64,000 bases of DNA, taken from an uncultured Actinomycetota bacterium. Lineage in GTDB: Bacteria > Actinomycetota > Actinomycetes > JAHEKZ01. Numbering within the stretch: the first letter of the stretch is position 1; each line of letters opens with the position of its first letter. Below are positions 1 through 14,098 of the stretch, piece by piece. Location of the stretch: the NCBI GenBank assembly GCA_963712425.1, contig CAVQHW010000002.1, positions 200,517 to 264,516 on the forward strand, given 5' to 3'. Both the position numbers and the translations under genes were made by a program. The notes under the pieces are model-generated. The model was not told the DNA's origin, made no database searches, and was given only the letters and a program-made list of their open reading frames with translations.

Positions 1-76
1 CGAGCAAGGGTTTCGCGCAGTTCGCTCAGGCCCCCACCGAGCGACTTCTTGCGGTGAGCGACAACGGCTACCTTCA

Positions 77-896
77 TCAGCTGGCCATCCTTGAGTCGTG
101 GTTCACCAGTGAGTGTTTGTGCGACCCCGAGCGCCCATCAGCCGTCTGGTCTTGCGCTCGATCGAGTTCGTCGTTGCCCACGAAGGCCCGCACAGCGAAG
201 AAGGCCAGCGCGACACACGCCACACCAAGACCGAGCCCGACGATCACGTCAAGCGGGTGATGCATGCCGCGATAGACCCTGCTGATTCCCACGATGGGAC
301 CGGCGACGATCGCCACGATCCATGCGATTACGCGCACGAGCGTGGAGCGCACATTCCACCCCACGATCACGGCCAGGCTCAGCATCAGTGCTGTTGCCGC
401 CGCGGTGTGTCCGGATGGAAATGACGATGTCGGGGGTGACACGTCCAGCTGATTCACATCTGGACGATCACGAGGCACGACGATGGTGGACGTCACAAAG
501 ATGGTGACCTCGGCCAGCAACGCAGTAGCCAGGAGCATCACAGACGCCCATCTGCGCACGGTCAGCAAGACGACGCCGACCAGCAGGGCGATACCCACGA
601 CCGTCAGGGTGTCCCCAAGCAGGCTGCCGTAGCTCGACCAGGTTTCGCCGGTCGGGGTACGGGAGGAGGCGACCTCCTCGGGTAACTGTCGGTCCCATCG
701 CAGTAGCGACGAGTCGCGCAGTGGGTCGGTCACGAGGTAGCCGAGGCCGACACACATCGCGAAGGCCAGGGCCCAGCCCATGGCCACTCGCGCTGAGAAG
801 GCACCCCACCGGTGCTGGGCGTCACGGCTCAACTCAGGCTCGATGGGCTGGCTGGGGGCAGGCAATAGCGCCACGGAATACGGGGGAGGATTCACC
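77..896 (-). CDS. PAP2 (type 2 phosphatidic acid phosphatase) family membrane phosphatase; start codon uncertain (ORF runs to 1018)
   Basis: Several transmembrane (TM) segments plus PAP2 motifs (PSGHTAAATALMLSLAV). Divergent from a second PAP2 gene. Confidence 0.55.
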
Positions 897-1662
897 ATCG
901 AGGTGTACCCGTTCAGGTCGTCGGGTAAACATCGGTCATGGCACCGGTACTTCTCGCGCTCACAATTGCCCTGATCTGCGGTGCTGCCGCCTTTGGAGTG
1001 CTGTCGATTCTCGATCACCGCAGTCGGACAAAGCCCGTCAGCGACGACGCGCCACCGGCGTCTCGCGTGGGGGCCGTGGCTGGTGCTCTCGTGGTGCTGG
1101 TGCTGATCGGGCTCGTCATCGGCGTGCTAGCTCGTGCGATACAGCGCGACAGCGCCGTCGTCCGTTGGGACGACAAGGTCGAGCAGTGGGCCTCGACTCA
1201 CGCTGGCCCGCTCGGCACCGACCTACTCCGTCTGATCACACACCTTGGCGACACGGTGACGGTCATCGTGCTCGCGGTAGCAATCGTCGGCGCCATGCTC
1301 GTTCTCGGCCATCGCAGGCTCGCACTCTTCATGGCGACCGTGGTGATCGGGCAGTGGGCACTCGCTAACGCGATCAAGCAGATTGTCGAGCGCGCGCGTC
1401 CCGAGCTCGACCCGCTAGCTGGCTTTCACGGGTTCTCGTTTCCCTCTGGGCATGCCACTGCGGCGGCAGCGACTTACCTAGCCGTTGCCATCGTGCTGGC
1501 GGCGGTACTCCCCCGATGGAACCGAGCGCTGCTCATCGGTGGGGCTGTGGCGATCGCTGTAGCTGTGGCAGCCAGCCGCTCTTTGCTCGGCGTCCACTGG
1601 TTCAGTGACGTCATCGGCGGATTGCTGCTCGGTTGGACGTGGTGTCTGACGTGCGCGGTGCT

Positions 1663-4236
<2,574 letters not shown>

Positions 4237-4254
4237 GGGTGCTCCTGGTGTGAG

Positions 4255-4665
4255 TTAGAGCGTGGTTCGCGGTGGGCGGCGCCAGAGCACGACGGCAGCA
4301 CTGTCGCGGACGGCGATGTCGCTTCCTGGAGTGGTGCTGCGCTGCAGCTGGATCAGGGCTTGGAGCGCAGTGTCGAGCTCTCGTTCGAGCTCTCGCACTC
4401 GTTCGGAGAGTTGGGTTGCGGTCTGTTCCAACTCGAGGATCCTTCGAACGCCGGTGAGGCCCACCCCATCGGCCGACAGTCGTTGGATCTCACGCAGTCG
4501 CTCGATGTCATGCGACGAGTAGCGGCGTCCGCCACCTGATGTCCGCTGCGGTGTGACAAGGCCGACGCGGTCGTACTGTCGCAGCGTCTGTGGGTGCAAC
4601 CCGGTCAACTGCGCCACTACCGAGATGGTGAAGGCCGGGGTGTGGTCGAAGTCGTGAAAGCTCAT
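4255..4665 (-). CDS. hspR: MerR-family heat-shock repressor HspR
   Basis: MerR helix-turn-helix (HTH) region (FTISVVAQLTGLHPQTLRQYDRVGLVTPQRTSGGGRRYSSHDIERLREIQRL). Sits right after dnaJ with a 4-nt overlap. Confidence 0.9.
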   Translation of the reverse strand: MSFHDFDHTPAFTISVVAQLTGLHPQTLRQYDRVGLVTPQRTSGGGRRYSSHDIERLREIQRLSADGVGLTGVRRILELEQTATQLSERVRELERELDTALQALIQLQRSTTPGSDIAVRDSAAVVLWRRPPRTTL

Positions 4666-4669
4666 GTCG

Positions 4670-5818
4670 TCACTCCTTCTCGGCTTGCGCTAGCAGATCG
4701 CGGCGCGGGTCGTCGTCAGCTGTCGCCTCGGCGTACTGGTGCAGCGCGTCCTTGGCCTTGCCACTGACGCGTTGTGGCACGGCCACGTCAACTGTGACGA
4801 GCAGGTCTCCGGTTTTGCTCTTGGTCGTCAGGCCACGACCCTTGACGCGGAACGTGCGCCCAGAGGGTGTTCCGGCTGGCACTTTGAGTTTCACCAGCTC
4901 ACCATCGAGCGTTGGCACGGCGATCGTCGCGCCCAACGCAGCTTCGGCAAAGGTGATGGGTGCGTTCAACGTCAGGTTGTCACCCTTGCGTCCGAACAGC
5001 GGGTGCGGAGCCACGTGCACGGTCACGAGCAGGTCGCCTGCGGGGCCACCGTGACGACCAGGGGCTCCTTTACCCGGGACGCGCAGCGTCGCCTGGTCTT
5101 TGACGCCAGCGGGTACGCGCACGTTGACGTTGCGGGTTTGCATGGTGACGCCGACACCACTGCAGGTGGGGCACGGGTCGTCGACAACCTGTCCGCGTCC
5201 GTGGCAGGCACGACACGGTTCGGCGAAACCGAAGCCGCCCTGCTGTCGAACGGTTTGGCCACTGCCACCGCACGCCGCGCACGTGTGTGGGCTCGTGCCT
5301 GCCTTGGCGCCAGAACCACCGCACGTCACGCATGCGGCCTCTGAGCGCAACGCCAACGAGGTGGTCACGCCACGTGCGGCGTCACGAAAACTCAACGTGA
5401 CGCGTCCGGTGAGGTCATCGCCCTTGGCGGCTCGACGTCCGCCGGCGTGACCGCCAGCTCGCCCGCCCCCGAACAACCCACCGAGCATGTCGCCGAGGTC
5501 GGCGTCACCGAAGAGGTCGCCCAGGTTGACGTTGGGGCCGCCCGGGCCGAATCCACCGCCACCGGCCGCACCGCTGAATGCGCCGCCGTACTGGCGCATC
5601 TCGTCGTACTCACGACGCTTCTCATCGTTCGACAGCACGTCATAGGCCTCAGAGATCTCTTTGAACTTCTCTTCGGCCTTCTCGTCGCCGGCGTTCGCGT
5701 CGGGGTGGTACTGCCTGGCGAGCTTGCGGTACGCCTTCTTGATGTCGTCGGCAGATGACGTCTTGGTGACCCCAAGCACTGCGTAGAAGTCTTTGTCGAG
5801 GTAGTCACGAGCGCTCAT
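4670..5818 (-). CDS. dnaJ: Chaperone DnaJ
   Basis: J domain (DYYAVLGV...YRKLARQYHPD), Gly-rich linker and four CxxCxGxG zinc-finger repeats. Confidence 0.95.
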   Translation of the reverse strand: MSARDYLDKDFYAVLGVTKTSSADDIKKAYRKLARQYHPDANAGDEKAEEKFKEISEAYDVLSNDEKRREYDEMRQYGGAFSGAAGGGGFGPGGPNVNLGDLFGDADLGDMLGGLFGGGRAGGHAGGRRAAKGDDLTGRVTLSFRDAARGVTTSLALRSEAACVTCGGSGAKAGTSPHTCAACGGSGQTVRQQGGFGFAEPCRACHGRGQVVDDPCPTCSGVGVTMQTRNVNVRVPAGVKDQATLRVPGKGAPGRHGGPAGDLLVTVHVAPHPLFGRKGDNLTLNAPITFAEAALGATIAVPTLDGELVKLKVPAGTPSGRTFRVKGRGLTTKSKTGDLLVTVDVAVPQRVSGKAKDALHQYAEATADDDPRRDLLAQAEKE

Positions 5819-5907
5819 GGGTCACCTCCTTCGGTGTCTTAGTGTGGTTATCCCCAGAATGAGTGCGGAGTTTGCTGCGTGGGAGCGGGTGAATGCGTCG
5901 TTCTTGG

Positions 5908-6507
5908 TTACGAGGGTGGGTCGGCGACGGCGACGCGTGCTGGACGCAGCACGCGTCCGGCAAACCGATAGCCGGGCTGGAACACCGCGACGCACGTGGT
6001 CTCGGTGACCGAGTCGTCTTCGGTGTGGGTGAGGGCCTCGTGCACCGTCGGGTCGAACGGCTCACCTGCGGTGCCGTACTTCTCGAGGCCCAACTTGGTG
6101 GTGGTTGCCTCGATGGCTTCGGCCACCGACTTGAACCCGCCAGATAGTTCGTCGTGCTCGCGAGCTCGATCGATGTCATCGAGCACCGTGAGCAACTCGG
6201 CCATCACCGCGGCGGTCGCCTGATCGCGCACCTGCTCACGGTCGCGGTCAACGCGCTTGCGGTAGTTGGCGTACTCAGCGTGCACTCGTTGCACATCAGC
6301 GGTTCGTTCGGCGAGCTGCGCCTCGAGCGCTGCTAGGTCACCCTCGACCAGAGCGGCCGCTGCGTCTTCGGCCTGCCAGGGGTCGGAGGCGGCCGACGGC
6401 GATGACGCCGCGGCCGCCTCTCTCACCTGGCCGGTCTCGGGGTCGATGCGTCGCTTGTCACGAACGACCGGCCCGTCATGTTCGCGACCTTCGTCGGGTG
6501 CACTCAT
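5908..6507 (-). CDS. grpE: Nucleotide exchange factor GrpE
   Basis: 199 aa with a GrpE-like coiled coil and C-terminal beta domain. Overlaps the dnaK stop as ATGA. Confidence 0.9.
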   Translation of the reverse strand: MSAPDEGREHDGPVVRDKRRIDPETGQVREAAAASSPSAASDPWQAEDAAAALVEGDLAALEAQLAERTADVQRVHAEYANYRKRVDRDREQVRDQATAAVMAELLTVLDDIDRAREHDELSGGFKSVAEAIEATTTKLGLEKYGTAGEPFDPTVHEALTHTEDDSVTETTCVAVFQPGYRFAGRVLRPARVAVADPPS

Positions 6508-8372
6508 GATGCGCGCGAACCCTCAGACCCGGCCTCGCTGTCGTCGCTACCTTCGTCGACCACTTCGGCGTCGACGATGTCGTCATCGCTGGCACCGTCA
6601 GTTGCACCACCGGCAGCAGCGCCAGGAGCGTCACCCGACTGGTACATCGCGGCACCTAGGGCTTGGCTCGCGGTGGCGACCTTCTCGACAGCAGACTTGA
6701 TCGCCTCGGTGTCGGTGCCCTCGAGCGCCTTCTTCAACTCGGCCAACGGTTCGGCGACATTCGCCTTGGCGTCGTCCGGAATCTTGTCAGCGTTCTCGTC
6801 GAGGAAGCGCTCAGTTTGGTAGACCAGGGCGTCCGCAGAGTTGCGAACCTCGGCCTCCTCTTTGCGTGCTGCGTCCTCGGCAGCGTGACTCTCGGCGTCC
6901 GACATCATGCGATCGATGTCGTCCTTGCTCAACGCCGATCCGCCGGAGATCTTGACCGAGTTCTCTTTGCCGGTGGCGAGATCCTTGGCGTGCACGTGCA
7001 CGATGCCGTTGGCGTCGATGTCGAACGTGACCTCGATCTGCGGGATACCGCGAGGAGCCGGCGGCAGACCGGTGAGCTGGAAGTTGCCGAGCTTCTTGTT
7101 GTACGCGGCAATCTCGCGCTCACCTTGGTACACCTGGATCTCAACCGAAGGCTGGTTGTCGTCAGCGGTCGTGAAGATCTCGGACTTCTTGGTCGGGATC
7201 GTGGTGTTGCGCTCGATCAGCTTGGTCATGATGCCGCCCTTGGTCTCAATACCCAGTGACAGCGGTGTCACATCGAGCAGCAGGACGTCTTTGACCTCGC
7301 CCTTCAGCACTCCGGCCTGAAGCGCAGCACCGACAGAGACAACCTCGTCGGGGTTCACCGACTTGTTCGGCTCTTTGCCGTCGGTGAGCTCGCGCACCAG
7401 ATCGGCGACCGCCGGCATGCGCGTGGAGCCGCCGACCAGGATGACCTGGTCGATGTCGCCAAGCTTGACGCCAGCGTCCTTGATCACGGTCTCGAACGGA
7501 CGGCGGGTGCGCTCGAGCAAGTCGTGCGTCATGTTCTCGAACTGCGCACGAGTGAGGGTCTCGTCAAGGAAGAGTGGGTTCTTCTCTGCGTCGATCGTGA
7601 TGTACGGCAAGTTGATGGACGTCTGGGTCGAGCTCGAGAGCTCGATCTTCGCCTTCTCGGCCGCCTCGCGCACACGTTGCATCGCCATCTTGTCTTTCGC
7701 GAGGTCGATGCCGTTCGCTGCCTTGAAGCGGTCGACGAGGTGCGTCACGACCGCGTCGTCCCAGTCATCGCCACCCAGGTGGTTGTCACCACTAGTGGCC
7801 TTCACCTCGACGACACCCTCGCCGATCTCGAGCAGCGACACGTCGAACGTTCCGCCACCGAGGTCGAAGACCAGCACGGTCTGCTCGAGGTCGCCCTTGT
7901 CGAGCCCGTACGCCAGAGCAGCCGAGGTCGGCTCGTTGATGATGCGCAGCACGTTGAGCCCAGCGATCTCGCCAGCCTCTTTGGTGGCCTGTCGCTGTGA
8001 GTCGTTGAAGTAGGCAGGCACCGTGACGACTGCCTCGGTCACAGGCTCACCGAGGTAGGCCTCGGCGTCCCGCTTGAGCTTCTGCAGCACGCGCGCGCTG
8101 ATCTCTTGCGGCGTGTAGGCCTTGTCGTCGATGTCGACGCTCCAGGTCGAGCCCATGTGGCGCTTGACCGAGCGGATCGTGCGATCGGGGTTAGTGACGG
8201 CTTGGCGCTTGGCAACCTCTCCGACCAGCACTTCGCCGTTCTTGGCGAACGCGACGATGCTGGGGGTGGTGCGGGCACCTTCGGCGTTGGTGATGACGGT
8301 GGGTTCGCCACCTTCAAGGACCGAGACGACCGAGTTGGTCGTCCCGAGGTCGATTCCGACGGCTCGGCCCAT
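6504..8372 (-). CDS. dnaK: Hsp70 chaperone DnaK
   Basis: [18 protein letters not shown]..., [10 protein letters not shown] and an acidic C-terminal tail. 622 aa, full length. Confidence 0.97.
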   Translation of the reverse strand: MGRAVGIDLGTTNSVVSVLEGGEPTVITNAEGARTTPSIVAFAKNGEVLVGEVAKRQAVTNPDRTIRSVKRHMGSTWSVDIDDKAYTPQEISARVLQKLKRDAEAYLGEPVTEAVVTVPAYFNDSQRQATKEAGEIAGLNVLRIINEPTSAALAYGLDKGDLEQTVLVFDLGGGTFDVSLLEIGEGVVEVKATSGDNHLGGDDWDDAVVTHLVDRFKAANGIDLAKDKMAMQRVREAAEKAKIELSSSTQTSINLPYITIDAEKNPLFLDETLTRAQFENMTHDLLERTRRPFETVIKDAGVKLGDIDQVILVGGSTRMPAVADLVRELTDGKEPNKSVNPDEVVSVGAALQAGVLKGEVKDVLLLDVTPLSLGIETKGGIMTKLIERNTTIPTKKSEIFTTADDNQPSVEIQVYQGEREIAAYNKKLGNFQLTGLPPAPRGIPQIEVTFDIDANGIVHVHAKDLATGKENSVKISGGSALSKDDIDRMMSDAESHAAEDAARKEEAEVRNSADALVYQTERFLDENADKIPDDAKANVAEPLAELKKALEGTDTEAIKSAVEKVATASQALGAAMYQSGDAPGAAAGGATDGASDDDIVDAEVVDEGSDDSEAGSEGSRAS

Positions 8373-8434
8373 GGTGATGTGCTCCTTCTGTTCGGTACTG
8401 CTCTGCTGGCTGTGCGGCGAGAGCCATCAAAGAA

Positions 8435-8455
8435 CATGAGTCGCCTCGGCGCAAG
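8435..8455. promoter_or_regulatory. Candidate HspR operator (HAIR-like inverted repeat CATGAGT-N7-GCGCAAG) upstream of dnaK
   Basis: Matches the HAIR consensus CTTGAGT-N7-ACTCAAG at 11 of 14 positions. Lies 63-83 nt upstream of the dnaK start on the dnaK side. Confidence 0.35.
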
Positions 8456-8472
8456 TCTGTCAGTTGACATAA

Positions 8473-8511
8473 CGACGAGGACCCCCCGAATCTTCCGGGG
8501 GGTCCTCGTCG
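8473..8511. terminator. Perfect 15-bp-stem hairpin (CGACGAGGACCCCCC / GGGGGGTCCTCGTCG, 9-nt loop) between the dnaK promoter region and the upstream pseudogene
   Basis: Inverted repeat read directly from the sequence. GC-rich stem with no U-tract, as in I-shaped actinobacterial terminators. Could end the upstream minus-strand gene or form a 5'-UTR structure for dnaK. Confidence 0.4.
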
Positions 8512-8553
8512 ATCTCTGAAATCTGTGTGATCTAGGTCACACGCTCACCTGGG

Positions 8554-10410
8554 TCAGCGAACTACTTCAGGTTCACCGTCACTGGCTTGCTCTTCACCGA
8601 GTCGAAGACCCGGCCAGCGCCGTTCTTCTGCTTGCACGGCCTTACCCAGCGTCCGGTACTTGGACGCCTTCGAGACCTTGAGCTTCCACTGCGCGGTGCC
8701 CTTGGCGGAGGTCTTGCCGCTCTTGACGGTCTTGAACGTGTTCCTCGACTTCGGCGACTTCTGCAGCGCCACCGGCAAGCCCTTGATCGTGTCCTTGCTG
8801 TCTGGACGCGAGAGCTTGACCGTGAACGTGACCTTGCTGCCCTTCTTCACCCTGGTCGAACTCGCCTTGATGCTCGCCTTGTTCTTGGCGAGCGAGACGC
8901 GGGCAATCTTGGTGCTCATGCCGTTGACGACCGACTGGTTACCGACTACCCCGACACCCACACGTCCCACGGCGAGGTGGGGTCGATGGATGCACCAGTC
9001 GAGTTCCACCACGGAATCGGGTTTCCGGCCGGGTTGGCTACCGCGGTACCACGCGCGACGAACCGCGCACCGGTCCACTTGCCACTCGATCGCCTTGCGG
9101 GTCATGACCGCCAGCGAAGGTCCAACTGGCGCGTGCCGTGAGTCGTTGGCGGTGACGATGACGTTGCCGCCCTTGTCGATGGCGAGGTCGGGGCTGAACC
9201 AATCCGGCACCCGAGCCGGACTTCAGACGTGCTTCGCTGCGAACTGCAGCGAGACGCCTGATCCCGTGTTGATGCCGAAGACTCGGACCGCAGCGCTGAC
9301 CACCGCTGTTGATCGTCGCGCAGCGTAGAGCTTGTTGTTGCGCCACGCACGCACCGGTGAACTCAAGTCCACCGAGGTCCAGCGGGTCACCGCCGGCTGG
9401 TTCCACGAGCCGGCGGTGCTGTCAGCGGCTGGCCTGGGTAGACCACGTTCTTGCTGAACACCGGCTCGTTGGTCGTGGCCGCACCGGTGTAGGTCGTCAC
9501 CGTGATCTCGCCCTGTCGTTGGCATGACGTTGTCGGACGGGATCGCGACGAACGCGTTCGCCTGCTTGGTCTGGTTGATCGCAGGCTGCTGACCGTCGTA
9601 GGTGTTGTTCGACCGTGGCAGCCCACGCACCGATCTCGTCACCCTTGTAGTAGGCCTGCTTCGGGAAGATGAAGATGCGGTTTGCCACCGACGGCGTCGG
9701 TCGGGTCATCGGCAACTGTCGTGATCACGATCTTGTCGGACGTCACGCCGATCTTGGGGTGCGACTCATCGACGTCCCTGACATGCGGGGTCCTCGTCTG
9801 TGCGAGGCATTCGCCGCGAAGAGCACCGTGCTTCGCCACTTCTTGTTGGTGAAGGGCGTGGCAACGCTGCTCTTGGAGATTCGCATCGCCAGACCGACGT
9901 CACCGCTCGTCGTTGGTGATGGCCACCGCGATAAAGCGCTTGCCGATCGGGTCGTAGACGACCGCTGGCTGCGTCACCGTGTAGTCGGCGCTGGCGAGCG
10001 AAGAATGGTTGAGTGTCTTGTTGCTCTTGGCCGGCGTCGCACCGGTCGACTTCGTGAACGCACGAATGCTCGACACCAGTCGCCTGGACTACCTGCTTGG
10101 GACCGGTAGCGACCGAGACTCCTTCGGCGACCCGGCACCTTGAATGCCGTTCATGATCTGCAGGATCTGCGTGTTCTTCGCCGACGGTAGCCTTGGCGGC
10201 CACCCGCGTCACGGAGCGCTTGCGGCACCCGGCGTTCGAGCGCTCGCCGTGCCCGCGGCGTCCGAACTGCCCGAATCAGCCGCAATCGCGTAGAAGCTGG
10301 GCCCGTCGGCATCGACCGCCGTTGCGGTGCTTACCGGTACCAGGACCAACCCAGCGACCAGGGCACCGGCGACCCCCAGGGACGCTGCATGCACGGGACG
10401 AACAGTCACG
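8554..10410 (-). pseudogene. Disrupted gene for a large secreted protein (signal peptide, beta-propeller-like middle, C-terminal Ig-like domain) with at least 5 frameshifts
   Basis: GTG start at 10410 with a GGAGGAA ribosome-binding site (RBS), then a signal peptide (MTVRPVHAASLGVAGALVAGLVLVPVSTATAVDA). The coding signal continues through ORF fragments in all three minus frames (10209-10604, 9766-10212, 9223-9642, 9038-9406, 8554-9210). The last fragment ends with a Lys/Thr-rich beta-sandwich tail. Confidence 0.5.
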
Positions 10411-10700
10411 AGATTCCTCCAGGGGGTCTGATAGAGCACGCGACAGTGCCCCCGCCTGCCGCGCAACTGCCACCGTATTGGCCGAAGGGCCTCGGGGCCA
10501 GCGCCCAAGGGCGTGGCTCGCCTCTGCATATTGGATCCACTGGTCGACCAGTCAGTCAGATAACGGTCGTGGCACGATCTGTTCCGATCCTCGGCACGAC
10601 CCAAGCCAAGGGCGGCATCGGTCGCTAGGCTCCCCCGACGACTTCCCTTGGGCGGCAGCTGAGGTCAGCGCCGTACCGATCCTTGTCACCTGGAGGAGCA

Positions 10701-12881
10701 GTGCCCCCAGCCCTGGCCATCGGCTTGCTGATGACCCTCGTCGTCGCCGTCGTTGCCGGCCGTCGCGTCTTCATGCTCACGCGGCTCATCGGCGTCGGCC
10801 AGAAGCGACCGTCTGGCAGCCTGCCCGACCCGCGAGCGGTCGTGGAAACCCAGACCGTTGAGGTCTTGGGCCAACGCAAGCTGCTGAAGTGGACCATCCC
10901 AGGCATCGCGCACGCGTTCGCCTTCTGGGGCTTCATTGTGCTTGGGCTGACCATCGTCGAGGCCTACCTGTCGATCGCGAACCCCGAGTGGACGATCCCG
11001 ATCATCGACGAGTGGGCGATCGTCGCGTTCGTCGAAGACCTCTTCGCTGTTGCCGTCTTGTTCGCGCTGGCCGTGTTCACCGCGATCCGCATCAAGCAGA
11101 ACCCCAACAACCGCGGACGCGCCTCGCGCTTCTACGGCTCACACACCGGTGCTGCGTGGCTCGTCCTCTTCATGATTTTCAACGTCATCTGGACGCTGCT
11201 GCTCTACCGCGGCGCGAAAATCAACTCCGACCATTTCCCGTACCCCGACGACCTCGCGTTCGGGTCGCAGTTCTTCGCGACGTTGCTCGAGCCGCTAGGC
11301 GAGCACACCAACGAGGTGCTCGCGACGGTGTTCGCGCTGGTGCACATCGCGGTGATCCTGTCGTTCTTGGTCATCGTGGTCTACAGCAAGCACCTTCACA
11401 TCTTCGTCGCACCGATCAACGTCATGTTCTCGCGGCGTCCGAACGCGCTTGGCCCGATGCTGCCCATGTACTCAGACGGCAAGCCGATCGACTTCGAAGA
11501 TCCGGGCGAAGACGACATCTTCGGACGCGGCAAGGTCGAGGACTTCACGTGGAAGGGTCTGCTCGACTTCGCTACCTGCACCGAGTGCGGGCGATGTCAG
11601 TCGCAGTGTCCGGCATGGAACACCGGCAAGCCGTTGTCACCGAAGCTGCTCATCATGGCCCTTCGTGACAACGCGTTCGCGCAAGCGCCGTACCTCATCA
11701 AGCAAGCGCACCCTGACTACCTGGCCTCGCACGGTGGTCCAGCCCCGGCAGTGCCAGTCGAGCTATCCGACTTCTCGCAGTCCGTGCAGGACGCCGCGGC
11801 GCGTCCGCTCGTCGGTACGACTGAGTACGACGACCACGGTCACGGCATCGGCGGTGGCGTCATCGACCCGGACATTCTCTGGTCATGCACCACCTGCGGT
11901 GCCTGCGTCGAGCAGTGCCCGGTCGACATCGAGCACATCGACCACATCACTGACATGCGCCGGTTCCAGGTGCTCATCGAGTCTGAGTTCCCATCCGAGC
12001 TCGGTGGTCTGTTCAAGAACATGGAGACCAAGGGCAACCCCTGGGGAATGAACGCATCGTCACGCCTCGACTGGGCTGCCGACCTGCCGTTCGAGATCAA
12101 GGTCGTCGACGGTCCGTTGGAAGACGACACCGAGTACTTGTTCTGGGTCGGTTGCGCCGGGGCGTTCGAGGACCGCGCGAAGAAGACCACGCAAGCAGTC
12201 GCCGAGCTCTTGCACATGGCCGGAGTCTCGTTCGCGGTTCTCGGTGAAGGTGAAACGTGTAGCGGTGACTCGGCACGACGCTCTGGCAACGAGTTCTTGT
12301 TCCAGATGCTCGCGCAGCAGAACGTCGAGACGATGAACGAGGTTGGCGTCAAGAAGATCGTCGTCACGTGTGCACACTGCTTCAACACCTTGCGCAACGA
12401 GTACCCGCAGGTGGGCGGCCACTACGACGTCGTTCACCACACGCAGTTGCTCAACTCGTTGGTGAAGGACGGCAAGCTCACACCGGTGTCATCGGTCAAC
12501 GAACGCGTCACGTACCACGACCCGTGCTACCTCGGTCGACACAACAAGGTCTACAGCCCGCCGCGTGAACTCATCGAGACCTCCGGTGCTGACTTCGCCG
12601 AGATGCCGCGCAACTCTGAGCGCGGCTTCTGCTGCGGAGCGGGTGGCGCGCGGATGTGGATGGAAGAGACCATCGGCAAGCGCGTCAACACCGAGCGCAC
12701 CGAAGAGGCGATCGACACCGGCGCGAAGACTATTGCCGTCGGATGCCCGTTCTGTCGCGTCATGCTGAGTGACGGCGTGCAGACCGTTCAGGCCGACATG
12801 GAGCGCGAAGAGCAGGTGCAGGTGGTCGACGTCGCACAGTTGCTGCTCAAGGCAGCGAAGAACGGCGCCACGAGCTCGTAA
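10701..12881 (+). CDS. Membrane-anchored Fe-S oxidoreductase (two 4Fe-4S ferredoxin motifs plus two CCG cysteine-rich domains; heterodisulfide-reductase D / GlpC-like, Rv0338c-type)
   Basis: N-terminal TM helices. Motifs CTECGRCQSQCP and CTTCGACVEQCP (4Fe-4S) and CCG domains (CAHCFNT, DPCYLGRHN, GFCCGAGG). Start taken at GTG 10701 after GGAGGA (the ORF track uses a TTG at 10683). Confidence 0.85.
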   Translation: MPPALAIGLLMTLVVAVVAGRRVFMLTRLIGVGQKRPSGSLPDPRAVVETQTVEVLGQRKLLKWTIPGIAHAFAFWGFIVLGLTIVEAYLSIANPEWTIPIIDEWAIVAFVEDLFAVAVLFALAVFTAIRIKQNPNNRGRASRFYGSHTGAAWLVLFMIFNVIWTLLLYRGAKINSDHFPYPDDLAFGSQFFATLLEPLGEHTNEVLATVFALVHIAVILSFLVIVVYSKHLHIFVAPINVMFSRRPNALGPMLPMYSDGKPIDFEDPGEDDIFGRGKVEDFTWKGLLDFATCTECGRCQSQCPAWNTGKPLSPKLLIMALRDNAFAQAPYLIKQAHPDYLASHGGPAPAVPVELSDFSQSVQDAAARPLVGTTEYDDHGHGIGGGVIDPDILWSCTTCGACVEQCPVDIEHIDHITDMRRFQVLIESEFPSELGGLFKNMETKGNPWGMNASSRLDWAADLPFEIKVVDGPLEDDTEYLFWVGCAGAFEDRAKKTTQAVAELLHMAGVSFAVLGEGETCSGDSARRSGNEFLFQMLAQQNVETMNEVGVKKIVVTCAHCFNTLRNEYPQVGGHYDVVHHTQLLNSLVKDGKLTPVSSVNERVTYHDPCYLGRHNKVYSPPRELIETSGADFAEMPRNSERGFCCGAGGARMWMEETIGKRVNTERTEEAIDTGAKTIAVGCPFCRVMLSDGVQTVQADMEREEQVQVVDVAQLLLKAAKNGATSS

Positions 12882-12977
12882 CCCGAGCGAAGGAATTCGC
12901 CGGAGATCTCTTCCCAGCGGGAGCACCTCAGCGCACACTGGATCACCAGCAAGTAGCGCACCTTGGGGGAGGACGCC

Positions 12978-13154
12978 ATGAAGCGGATCAAGCAGTTCGT
13001 GCACCGGGCGTGGACCCGGATCAGCATCAGCCGCTACCGGCAGAAGCAGGTCGCGATGGAGCGGCGAGATCGCGATGTACTCGAGCGTCTTGAGCACCAG
13101 GAGAACGGTGGCAGCCCCTATGGCCCGCCGCCGATGGGGCGCATGGGCTTCTAG
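12978..13154 (+). CDS. Small basic hypothetical protein (58 aa)
   Basis: ATG preceded by a strong RBS (GGGGGAGGA, 4-nt spacer). MKRIKQFVHRAWTRISISRYRQKQ... No recognisable family. Confidence 0.35.
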   Translation: MKRIKQFVHRAWTRISISRYRQKQVAMERRDRDVLERLEHQENGGSPYGPPPMGRMGF

Positions 13155-13470
13155 CCCGGTCGGGCCCGAAAGCCTCTCGGTGTTCCACACTGTAGAACCG
13201 CTGTCGCACGATTTGGAACGAGTCCAGATCGCGTGTTCCCATAGTGGAACAACGTAAGTCCACTTTCGACCTGCCCAGGTCGGTCCTATTCAGAGGTGTG
13301 CTGTGAGTTCTGTTCTATCCGCTGCCGAGCACTTCGCGTCGCGTATTCAGCGCTGGCGTTTCGAAGAGCAGGAGCGCCTTGAGTTCCGTCGTAACCGCAG
13401 CGCGAGCGAGCGCGTCGCGATGGCAAACGCCGGTGTGTGGACCTACGGATCGCGTCCCACCGCAATCTGA

Positions 13471-14058
13471 TCAGTCGGACGTCGATATGTCCGTCACGTG
13501 AAAGTTCAGGTACGACTTGCTCGGCGTTGGTCCGCGTTGCCCTTGATAGCGCGAACCGTACTTCGCTGATCCGTACGGGTGCTCTGCCGCCGACGAAAGT
13601 CGGAACAGACACAGTTGGCCGATCTTCATTCCTGGCCACAGCTTGATCGGCAGAGTTGCGACGTTGCTGAGTTCGAGCGTGACGTGTCCGCTGAACCCGG
13701 GGTCGATGAAGCCGGCCGTTGAGTGAGTGAGCAGGCCAAGGCGTCCGAGCGACGACTTGCCTTCGAGGCGTCCAGCGACGTCGTCGGGCAGCGTCACGAC
13801 TTCATAGGTGGACGCGAGCGCGAACTCTCCCGGATGCAAGATGAACGGCTCGTCGCCGCTGGGTTCGACCAGGCGAGTGAGCTCGGGTTGTTCTGCTGCA
13901 GGATCGATGTGCGGGTAGCGATGGTTCTCGAACACCCGAAAGAAGCGATCAAGGCGCACGTCGACGCTGGACGGTTGAACCATCGCCTCGTCAAAGGGGT
14001 CAAGGCCCACACGTTCTGCGGCGATCTCGGCTTTGATGTCACGGTCTGAAAGCAGCAC
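13471..14058 (-). CDS. dcd: dCTP deaminase
   Basis: [13 protein letters not shown]...SSVDVRLD...[15 protein letters not shown] is typical of Dcd. 195 aa. Confidence 0.9.
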   Translation of the reverse strand: MLLSDRDIKAEIAAERVGLDPFDEAMVQPSSVDVRLDRFFRVFENHRYPHIDPAAEQPELTRLVEPSGDEPFILHPGEFALASTYEVVTLPDDVAGRLEGKSSLGRLGLLTHSTAGFIDPGFSGHVTLELSNVATLPIKLWPGMKIGQLCLFRLSSAAEHPYGSAKYGSRYQGQRGPTPSKSYLNFHVTDISTSD

Positions 14059-14098
14059 GCCCGGAGACTACTAGCCGCTTACTGCAGTCATCCCGGGG

